Assembly (NCBI GenBank): GCA_965153355.1
Contig: OZ231126.1
Coordinates: forward strand, 48,174,001 to 48,238,000
DNA length: 64,000 nucleotides
DNA from: Flaccisagitta enflata
Taxonomy: Eukaryota
Reading direction: 5' to 3'
Under the pieces are notes generated by a model that worked only from the letters and a program-made list of their open reading frames with translations, searched no databases and was not told the origin of the DNA. The stretch's first letter is position 1. Every line of letters begins with the position of its first letter. The translations under genes were made by a program, and so were the position numbers. Of this stretch, positions 54,020 through 64,000 are shown in pieces.

Positions 54020-55367
54020 CTGTTGAATCAATGGAATGGAAACCGGAAATGAATCATTTTCGATAAACTTCACATTTCACGTATTTTTCCTGGCCATCCT
54101 GGGGCATCACGAGTGCAAATTGTACAAAAACATAAAATCAAGGCCGGATACACGGCTACACTGTCATTCTCTTGTTACACACTGTTTTCTGCACCCATGT
54201 ATCAAAGGTCATAGAGTATCAAGGGTGCACGTGTATTCACGTATGTAGTCGCTTTTCCAAACAGTATCACGCGGTTAAGTATTACGAGTCTTGATAACGT
54301 GTATAATGAATGACTTTTCTCCCCGTCTTAGTCTACAGTCATTCAGTAACTTTGGTAATTAAATCAGTAGATAGATTTGTGACTCATCCTTAAGTTATCC
54401 GTGAGTTATTGAATCATCCATGAGTCAATCTTAAATATTGTAGGAGCATAAATGCTCATGCTCATGCTCATAAATGCTCATCCATTTCAAACGTCCTATC
54501 TGAAGCTGTGTACGTGTAGTAGTTAGATGCTATTGTGTATCCTTTACCGTTTGAAATTCCAAGTGTTGAATTGATTGGAAATGTGCTGTGATCATTCTAA
54601 ACCATTTTTCCATTCCTAGATATTGTTGTGCCGGAATGTGGAAGTCGTGCTATTATAGGCTTTATGTATTTACCGCTTAAAACTAGAAGATAGAAGATCA
54701 CAGCAACAGTGCTGTTGGCGAGATCTAGGGTCTAGGGCGTCTGTTGATGATTACCATATATGTTCTCTCCCATTTGATACAACTAGAAGTGGCTAAGGCC
54801 CTGTTAAGAAGAAGAATTCAGGAGTTGATTCATAAGTCACGGAGACTGCCGTAAGTTATTCATAAGTCATAAGAGACTTCCTCAAGTTATCCGGAAGTCA
54901 AGGGATCAAGTTGCGTGTCGTGGTCAAGGTCGCAACACCGCGTGGTGCAAGCTCAATGTGGACGGCCCACTTGCGAAGTCGAGTGGAGACGTGGATTCAT
55001 ACGGACAAGGAGTAAAGATCGTGTGCAGGTCCGTATGGTAATGCTTGAGCTTGTCTGTTTGAGAAATATACACTGAACATAATCATACTCTATTGGTGCA
55101 ATTATCTATTTTATAATGGTGCAACGTCCAAATTATCCATGGTAAGCAGCCGTGGATGTTGACCAAATACGACTTGTTATCTGACTGCCTCTCTTTGGCA
55201 TGAGGAGCCACTCCTCTCTGGTGGTTAACCAGTCTTGCCCAGTCCTGTTTGCAAGACCCTGAGTTCTCTCTAGTATTTGAGTCAAGTAGGTCATAGTTTG
55301 AAGGATCAAGCGATAAGTGATCGAACCTTAGGGAAAAATCTTGAAAGAGTATGGGTCCGCGACTGGG

Positions 55368-55927
55368 GTCAAACGGCGTTGTCAAACGGCGTTGTCAAAC
55401 GGCGTTGTCAAACGGCGTTGTCAAACGGCGTTGTCAAACGGCGTTGTCAAACGGCGTTGTCAAACGGCGTTGTCAAACGGCGTTGTCAAACGGCGTTGTC
55501 AAACGGCGTTGTCAAACGGCGTTGTCAAACGGCGTTGTCAAACGGCGTTGTCAAACGGCGTTGTCAAACGGCGTTGTCAAACGGCGTTGTCAAACGGCGT
55601 TGTCAAACGGCGTTGTAAAACGGCGTTGTCAACGGCGTTGTCAACGGCGTAAGGGCGTAGTCAAGCGGCGTAGTCAAACGGCGTAGTCAAACGGCGTAGT
55701 CAAACGGCGTAGTCAAACGGCGTTGTCAAACGGCGTTGTCAAACGGCGTTGTAAAACGGCGTTGTAAAACGGCGTTGTAAATTGGCGTTGTAAAACGGCG
55801 TTGTAAAACGGCGTTGTAAAACGGCGTTGTAAAACGGCGTTGTAAAACGGCGTTGTAAAACGGCGTTGTAAAACGGCGTTGTAAAACGGCGTTGTAAATT
55901 GTCGGCGTTGTCAAATGGCATTGTCAA
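55368..55927. repeat. 13-bp minisatellite (gtcaaacggcgtt), ~43 copies
   Basis: Direct inspection; variant blocks gtagtc and gtaaaa. Confidence 0.97.
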
Positions 55928-55954
55928 ACGGCAGTGTTGAATGGCATTGACCAG

Positions 55955-56745
55955 TTAGCATGCTAAAATCTTTATAAATCAAATTCATGTGTTGAGTCCT
56001 TCCATTTAGGGACTACATACCAAGTTTCAACCAAATCGGTTGAAAAATGCCGTAGTTATGCACGTTTTTCACATTTAGGCTGGTACGCTAGTTGGGTGGT
56101 AGGCTGGTTTGGCTGGTTAGCATGCTAAAATCTTTACAATTCAAATACATATGTTGAGTCCTTCCATTAAGAGACTACATACCAAGTTTCAACCAAATTG
56201 GTTGAAAAATGCCGAAGTTATGCACATTTTTCACTTTTAGGCTGGTAGGCTAGTTGGGTGGTAGGCTGGTTTGGCCGGTTAGCATGCTAAAATCTTTACA
56301 ATTCAAATACATATGTTGAGTCCTTCCATTTAGTGACTACATACCAAGTTTCAACCAAATCGGTTGAAAAATGCCGAAGTTATGCACGTTGTTAACTTTT
56401 AGGCTGGTAGGCTAGTTGGGTGGTAGGCTGGTTTGGCCGGTTAGCATGCTGAAACCTTTACAATTCAAATACATATGTTGAGTTCTTTCATTTAGAGACT
56501 ACATACCAAGTTTCAACCAATTTGGTTGAAAAATGACGAAGTTATGCACATTTTTCACTTTTAGGCTGGTAGGCTGGTTGGGTGGTAGGCTGGTTTGGCC
56601 GGTTAACATGCTAAAATCTGTACAAATCAAATACATATGTTGAGTCCTTCCATTTAGAGACTACATACCAAGTTTCGACCAAATCGGTTGAAAAATGCCG
56701 AAGTTATGCACATTTTTCACTTTTAGGCTGGTAGGCTGGTTGGGC
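55955..56745. repeat. 162-bp tandem repeat, ~5 copies
   Basis: tta(g/a)catgct at 55955, 56117, 56279, 56441, 56603. Confidence 0.95.
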
Positions 56746-57112
56746 CGGTTGGGTGGGTCGGATCATAACATACGCATAGGATGTAAAGCGGCTTACCCTA
56801 GTACAACTTCCCTCCAAATATGAAGCAAATCGGTCAAGGCGTTCAAAAGTTAGCCCATTTTTAAAAGTGTGGACAACGACGACGACGACAACAACGACGA
56901 CGACACCCACCCGCCTCGAATTATAGTCCGCGTCGGAATGGTATTCCATCGCGGACAAAAACCTGTTGAGTAATTTCCCTGTACACAAAATGTCTACCAA
57001 CTGTGCAGAAACATAAAAACAAGGTCGGTGGGCAGGGGTAGTGATAAAGTCACTGGGGCATTGAGCAGGAGCAGCGAGATAAAAACGCCTAAAAAACGTC
57101 AAAAAAGTAACA

Positions 57113-57636
57113 CTCAAAAAAGCGTTAGATGGTCAGCGGTACCCGTTGCCCCTATGTGAGTGGCTGTGGGTGTGAGGTGGTTAGAGGGGCAGCAGCCCCA
57201 AAGGTTTTTTCTTGAGCCTCAAGGCTGGAATTAGGGTCTGGAAGCTGGATTTAGGGCCTTGAGGCTAGGATTTGAGCTTCGAGGCTAGGGTTTGGGCCTC
57301 ATGGCTGGGATTTGAGCCTCGAGGCTGGGATTTGAGCCTCGAGGCTGGGATTTGAGAATCGAGGCTGGGATTTGAGCCTTAAGACTAGGATTTAAGCTTC
57401 AAGGCTTTGGTTTGAGCCTCGAGGCTGGGACTTGAGCCTTGAGGCTGGAATTTGAGCCTCGAGGCTGGGATTTGAGCTTCAAAGCTAGGATTTGAGCCGA
57501 GGCAAGGGTTTGAGCCGAGGCAAAGATTTTGGCCTCAAGAGGGGGGATAGAGGAGAAGAAAGAGAAGAAGAAGGAGAAATTTCCCCTATGTGTGAAAGAG
57601 TAGGTCATCTGCCCCTTCGGGGCCGCTGTCCAAAAA
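57113..57636 (+). mobile_element. HINE-like family B copy
   Basis: agcgttagatggtcagcggtacccg, 20-bp array, ggggccgctgtccaaaa. Confidence 0.75.
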
Positions 57637-57947
57637 GGATACCAAGCAACGGACGGACGGACAAAGCTGGAACTAAAAATGCGTTTTTCCGGACAAAATA
57701 CTTGTTCGGAGCTACAGAAAACTATAAAAACATCTGTCAAATAGCTTTTCGTAACAGTATTTGATACTATTACCGCCCCAATGTCTCTTTCATTCTGCCC
57801 GGCATGGCCCTGCCCACTTCATCGGGATAAAAGAACTACGGTTGCTTATGGTAATGAGTAAATAGTACCGTGATAAAGATGCATATGGATACAAATATGC
57901 ATAAATGCATGTTGCCCCTGTCCGAGGGGACACTTTCTTACACTCAC

Positions 57948-58130
57948 CCTGGGTGATTTGATGTCAATCATGGTTGAGGAGTGGGCGACTCTCGGAGCGG
58001 TGCTGGGCTTTGCACCCAAACCCATAATCAGTGAGTCTGTTCTTTCGGGGGGCGATTTGGCGGGACGGCGACTTGGTTTGATCCCCAACTGAGGGTTGTT
58101 CATCTTCGCTAAATCTTCTTGGGGCTCCAT
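57948..58130 (-). CDS. GNAT N-acetyltransferase, probable coding exon 1 (MEPQEDLAK...IDIKSPR)
   Basis: ATG at 58130, consensus donor AGG|GTGAGT in phase 0, giving a 336-aa total. Alternatively translation starts at the ATG at 54019. Confidence 0.55.
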
Positions 58131-58175
58131 GATTCTCCGGGGTAATTTTTGTAATCGGGAGACTTTCAACACTCA

Positions 58176-58327
58176 AGGTGTGTCTGCATTAATCAGCTTA
58201 TTTGGATATTTCATTTGAATATTAATATCCGGATATTTCATTTAGTAAATTTTGTAAATATGTAGAATATTCGGATATTGATTACCAGATGAAATATCCA
58301 AATGATATGGTGAATGCAGACGCACCC
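58176..58327. mobile_element. Harbinger-like MITE
   Basis: aggtgtgtctgcatt / aatgcagacgcacc; relative of 41819-42588. Confidence 0.7.
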
Positions 58328-59021
58328 AAAGTTGCAATTGTCTGCAAGTAATCCCCGCTGCTTATTTCTCCAGAGATGGTTATAATCAATTTCAAAGGTC
58401 ACTAATTGTATGTCGCAGATTTTTATTATTTCTTTGCTCTATACGTCCCACTTTGCATTTTCTTTACTACTGGCCCAGAAGGCTTCTTTTTCAAAATTCT
58501 TGTTTTATATCCAGTAGTTTCGCGAGTCTATCTCAATGCAATGTCATTTTCTTTCATCTTCAATTCTACTTTACATTTAACAGGTAATCCTGTTTAGAGA
58601 TGCGAATCAAAACAGGAAAGAGTCACGTGATACAGCGCCTCCAATCACATGATTACACACACACGAAGACACACACGTAAAATGATCCCCGGGGACCTAA
58701 AAAGCGAACTAGATTGTGTATGTGTGCGTGTGAAAACGCTCTCTTGCTGATGCTGATGGTTTTTTTTTTTCTTCAATCGCGCGCGCTCATGGAAATGCTG
58801 TGCAATTGATGTTAATTTATTTCCGCTGGTCGGCGATCGTCATTTGGGTTGATGTTTTGGTTGTTGTTTTTAGTAAGTCGTTGTTGTTTCTTCTCTGGGT
58901 TAGTTCTCCGCGAAAAAAAGATATCCCGACAAAAGGTCAAAACAAAGCCAGACGAGAGGCAACGCTCGTGCACAACCAAGTAGCGCCACCTCCTCTTCTT
59001 TCCTCTTCCTCCGTTCCAAGG

Positions 59022-59132
<111 letters not shown>

Positions 59133-59249
59133 TATTGATTTATCCTCAGACTGCTGTCTTCCTCGAGATTAAGGCTTTATATGGAAAATGTTAAAGTTTG
59201 AAGTGAGAACTTCCCCTCCCTCCGAACTCTTATGAATTTTTCTTTTTCT

Positions 59250-59436
59250 TTTTTTAGTCGCGTGCTACGCGACTCTATGACCCGCTAGGTCGGTCGGTCG
59301 GTCGATGCTAGCTTTTTTGGCGTTTACGGGCGGTTTTTGCGTTACTGCTCCTGCCCAATTGCTCGATTAGCCTTTTTCATCACTGCCCCTGCCCACCCGC
59401 ACGTGACTATGGTAGCCGTGTATACGGCCTTATTTT
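59250..59436 (-). mobile_element. HINE family A copy (reverse)
   Basis: ttttagtcgcgtgctacgcgact ... gccgtgtatacggcctt. Confidence 0.7.
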
Positions 59437-59528
59437 GTTCCCATTTAATCACCCATTTCAATTTAAACCATACTGACGTATTGATCGAAAAAGACTTGTT
59501 TAAAGTTGTCGTCGTTGCTTTTGTTCTT

Positions 59529-59677
<149 letters not shown>

Positions 59678-62328
59678 ACGGATGAAGGGAAAAGACGTTC
59701 CTCTACACGAAACCAATTTATGGCGATTAAGCATCATTACATAATGCATAACTTATACCTCGAGATGACGGATACTCTCCTCTCGAAACGAATAGTCACA
59801 AATCTAGTCTCCGAGCGCCCCTAAACGGATCTTTTTATTACTCTCCGGTCCATCACACATGATGAATGATGCCCTATCGACGCGTTTGATCAAATGAACT
59901 GCATGCTATCGAGTATCTGAGTTCAGCTTACCCTTCCCCTCCTCCTCAGGTTGTATCAAGCATCTGAAATTGTGTCGCCCTTTCTAGTAACAATGGCAAA
60001 AAAAAAAAAAAAAATCGGACATTGCTTATTTCTTTCATAACTTGGTGCTGCTTTTGAGAAAGAACATAAAATCTATGACTATTCTAAAGAACTTCAAAAA
60101 AATCTTTAATTTGAGTCGTTGAACGAAATTCTAACTTGAAAACTCTAGAAGTTATGTTAATTTTAAAAAAAAGTATCAAATTGAAATCTGCCAGATATGA
60201 CATTTTTTACTAACTTGAATTTATGGACTTAATGTCTTTATTTGATTACCATTTTCAAACGGATTGACTCAAAAATGTCTGCTTGGCGCCATTTTGTAGA
60301 TAAGGAGTTATATTTTCATTTTCTCTTAAATTTTTCTTAGGTTCCTTTTGTCAAATATGATTTTTATGCTTTTAAAGACAAAACTAAAAGCACATAATCC
60401 CTTCAATTGACAAATTATGGTGATGCTCACTTCAAACTGTTGCCATTTCTATACCAATTGAGCTACAACTTTCTACTTGGTCTAGATTTAAAGAAATTTC
60501 GAAGATCTTTCAAACGGTCACTAATTTTTTGTATCTTCGTTGAGACTGAGCCAGTCAAAGGCATCAAAAACCGCCCTGTCCGTTTTTTTTTTGGCCATTG
60601 TTATTTTTCGCTTTCTCGACCTGACAAATTTCAAAGAAGCATTGTGATACCAGTAATGGCGGCTGTCGCCGTGAAGAAAAAAGTCGTAAGCATTGGTCAT
60701 TTTTCACCATGCTTTTGTCTTTCACTGAATTTTTTTTTTGTTAGATCAAATCAAAAGCAATTGTAAGTATTGATTGCACTGAAAATCTGAGAAAAATAGA
60801 ACTGAGCCAAATGAGCTAGATGAGCAAAAATATTCAAAAAAATTCAACCAGACAACCAGCTTTGCTCACTGACATGCTTTCCTGTATTTGCATGCTTAAA
60901 TCAAAACATTGATTTATTTATCCTATTTTAAATCAGAGAAAAAGAGCGAGCTAAATGAGCTAAATAAGCAAGAACACTAAAAACACCCCCACAGATAAGC
61001 AGCTTTGCTCACTGACAGGTTTTTTTATTTGCTTGCTTAAACAAGTATGAAAATACCGAGTGGACATAAAAAAGGTAGCTCTGTATCTGAATAAAAGAAC
61101 TAAAAGAGATAATTAGTTGTTGATAGTGTTTTGGATGTGCAATTAATTTTTTACTTAAAAAGTCTTGGTTTTTACAGTTTCCTAAGACCCACTTTTATTC
61201 AACTGTCTTTATTCAAAAGTAAACTTTGTAAAAATCATTGATTTTCAGTCAAATTTAAGCAAAATTCTTTAAGTGGTCCCTAATTCAATTCAGTTTTTTA
61301 AAGATAAAATGAAAAATATTGATCCTCATAGAAAATGTTCATAATGGCACATGTAGGCCACAATCATTTCTAGGTAGCTAAAAAACTTTTTTTTACTTAA
61401 GAGAAATCTTAAAAATTATATCCAGAAAATTAAAAGCTACCTTTTTAAAAACCACCCGTTATTTATTCATTTATTGTATTTGAAATCAGAAAGAATAGAC
61501 TGAGCTAAGTTAGCTAAAAGAGCTAAAATGCTCAAAAACGCCCTCACAGATGAGCAGCTGTGCTCATAAACATTTTTTTGTATCTGCAAGCTCAAACACA
61601 AATACACTCCTTTATTGATCTTACACAAAATAAAAAAAAATTGAAAAAAATTTCATTTGAATTTTTTGTAAATAAATCTTTAAAAAATTATAGCGCGAAA
61701 AATATTTGTTGTAGAGCATTCTGCTTGGCGCCAAATGAAAGAGAATTGTCAAATTTGATGAGATGCTTAACATTCTTATAAGAAAATGAAAACCCTGTTT
61801 TTCTTGAATATGTCAAAAAGTCAAAGACTGAGTTCGACTTTTTTCCCCGATTAGTCCTGTGAAAGGGTAAAAATCGGAATCCTGTCAGTATATAAATCAT
61901 TGGAACCTTACCCTCTGGTCGGGTCTAATCAAATCTAAACATTCGAAATGTCCATTACAATGGTTGATTTGCTTAGAAAGTAGAAAGCCTAAGCATTACC
62001 AAATATACCCAAATTATTTTTTTTCTTTTGCCTAAATGCTTAAAAATTACTCCTTGATTCACTTTGAAATCCATCTAGAACCATATAATGGGACCGATTT
62101 CAGTTTAAAAAAAAGAAAAAAAAAGATATATCTTCCGAAGGGGAATCCTGAGGAAATTCTTTCCTATCTGCTTCTGTGTTAAGTCTCTGCTTACCCTAAA
62201 CATGGTTCCCAAATTGGGAATCCCAATTGATTTTAAAATCAATCAACGGCTCATTGCAGGGAATCTTCGAATGAGTATAAAATAATTAGGTTCATTTTCA
62301 ATTAGGTTCATTTTCTGCATCAGTTCTA

Positions 62329-62898
62329 TTTTTAGTCGCGTGCTACGCGACTCTACACTAGGGTGACTTAAAATATGGTCAAATCCGAATCTCGTCTTTC
62401 TCGCGGGAGAAATGTGACCATTTCCATTATAGATGGTAACTCTAAAATCTGGGGATGATCAGACAAAGTTTACTTATGGCCGCAACCCTACCCCATTCCC
62501 ATTATAAAAGATAGGAAGCTGCAGAGGCCAAATTCCCTCCTGTATATTTTCTATGGGAAATGAGGGGGGGTTGCGGCCATGAGTAAACTTCATTTGATTG
62601 CCACCAGATTTTAGGGTTATCATCTGTGATGGAAATGGTCTCATTTCTCCCGCGAGGGAGACCAGATTCAAATGTGACCATATTTTCAGTCACCCTACTC
62701 TACACCCCGCTTTGTCGGTCCGTCGGTCCGTCCGTCCGTCCGTCCGTCCGTCCGTCCGTCCGTCACACTTTACTTTTTCGGCGTTAATGGGGTTTTTGGC
62801 CTTACTGCTCCTGCCCAAATGCTCCGCTGACCTCAATTATGGCCCCTGCCCACCCGCACGCGACTGGGGTAGCCGTGTATCCGGCCTTGTTTTTTTTT
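62329..62898 (-). mobile_element. HINE family A copy (reverse) interrupted by a hAT MITE
   Basis: Both ends present; continuity is restored by removing 62359-62697 and one TSD. Confidence 0.8.
62359..62697. mobile_element. hAT MITE (TAGGGTGAC termini, ~130-bp imperfect TIRs)
   Basis: Exact 8-bp TSD CTCTACAC. Confidence 0.92.
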
Positions 62899-63075
62899 AA
62901 CATCAAATAGGGAAATGGGAGGTTTTTCATTGTCTCAAATAGTAGTGCGGTGACTGCGGCTCGGCCAATTACTTTGTTTTCTTAGGTAATTCAATTAGCC
63001 CTAACAAGCGGAGTAAATACTGCAACCTCAACTTGTCCGTTTCATCCTCTTGAAACTCAGAGGGAGTGAAACGAA

Positions 63076-63162
63076 ATGATAAATGAACAAGAATCACTGC
63101 GGTTGAAGAACGAGGAGTTGGAGAAAAAGCGCGAAAAGCTCACGCAGAAGTCTACTCTGAAG
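63076..63162 (+). CDS. Possible coding exon (MINEQESLRLKNEELEKKREKLTQKSTLK), coiled-coil-like
   Basis: ctaac branch-like site and ctcag| at 63060, donor AAG|GTAGAG, charged helical peptide; no homology recognised. Confidence 0.3.
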
Positions 63163-64000
63163 GTAGAGACTAGAGTCCAGTGTATTTTTTGCTCCAGAGA
63201 CGTGGAGGATTCGACACGCAATCTGTGAGACTCAAATGCTAGTCTCATAGCTCAAATCACACTGTCGAGGCAAATATCCCAGTCTCGAAGCTCAAATCCC
63301 AGCCTCAGATTCAGATCTCATCTGTACGGCTCAAATCCCAGCCTCAATAGGGAAGTTGATGCAAAAATCGCAATAGAACGCCGAGGGGAAGTTAAGCGTT
63401 ACCGACTGACCAACAGACGGCACGCCACGGGGAAAACATCTGCCGGCTGTATCAAATACTCGGTCTTAATGTCCATTCGTTTTGTCAACAGGAAGACTTC
63501 CTCTATCTGTTTCTATGAAAGATAAAAGAAATGCGCTTCAAAATTTGTTAAAAATCAACAAAAGGTAGCTCTACAATCATGTTTTTGCCATGAATCTTTT
63601 CACATTAAAATCATTGAAGTTTCGAGTAAAGATTTAAATTCCTGGTCAAATTTCCAATCGTTTGATAGGCCGCACTATATAGTTCTACTAAAAAAAAAAG
63701 TCGAATTTTCCTTCAATATATGACAACAACATTGCTAATATAACAACCAACAGTGATGTAACAAAAAACTGAACTTTTTTGTTTCTTGATAAAAGCATAT
63801 AGTGCGACCTATCAAATGAACAGAAATTTTGCAAGGAATACGATTCTTTTACAAGAATTAAAGATGGGCGACAGCCATTCGACTTATCTGGCAAAACATA
63901 GAAAAAATTTAAAATTTTGTTAGTAAAAAAAAAATAATTTTGAAGCCATTTTTTCTCTCTTTGCTAGGGAGTGATAGAGTAGACCTTCCTGAAGTCCAAA

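Larger units (their letters stand above)
55334..56960 (+). mobile_element. HINE-like element carrying a 13-bp minisatellite and a 162-bp satellite
   Basis: SubTIR GTCCGCGA at 55355, (GAC)n at 56875-56905, terminal gtccgcg..ggaatggtattcc..TCGCGGACaaaa. Confidence 0.65.

Noticed and set aside
54160-55330. Possible solo LTR or retroelement remnant
   Set aside because: No TG...CA boundaries with a matching TSD and no recognisable ORF.
55368-55927. Regular short-repeat array resembling a CRISPR or repeat-protein ORF (VVKRRCQTALSNG)
   Set aside because: Head-to-tail 13-mers with no unique spacers, no cas genes, eukaryotic context; open in several frames merely for lack of stops.
59759-59803. Alternative GNAT upstream exon (ICDYSFREESIRHLE)
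   Set aside because: Weak acceptor and donor; 57948-58130 has a consensus donor and an ATG.

Overview
Repeat-rich, intron-containing genomic DNA from an invertebrate animal; the species cannot be determined from the window. Three spliced protein-coding genes can be reconstructed by hand. (1) A minus-strand class-B2/adhesion/Methuselah-like 7TM receptor with a somatomedin-B-like Cys domain (large last exon 284-2328, 5' exons uncertain). (2) A plus-strand sclerostin/SOSTDC1-like cystine-knot gene (4 exons, 38752-46206, 201 aa). (3) A minus-strand GNAT N-acetyltransferase resembling the microbial puromycin-acetyltransferase-like type (4 exons, 58130-52028, 336 aa). Most of the rest is microsatellite or non-autonomous DNA transposon, often nested: Helentron/DINE-1-like (HINE) families carrying internal mini/satellites, hAT MITEs with exact 8-bp TSDs, TA-flanked foldback MITEs, Harbinger-like MITEs, and four CAC...GTG elements with 4-bp TSDs (Chapaev-like). 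One of these four (39790-40473) has a V(D)J-RSS-like heptamer, 23-bp spacer and nonamer at both ends, and shares a conserved internal inverted module with elements that have different termini. No transposase ORF, RNA gene or CRISPR array was found, and almost all other ORFs in the track are microsatellite artefacts.
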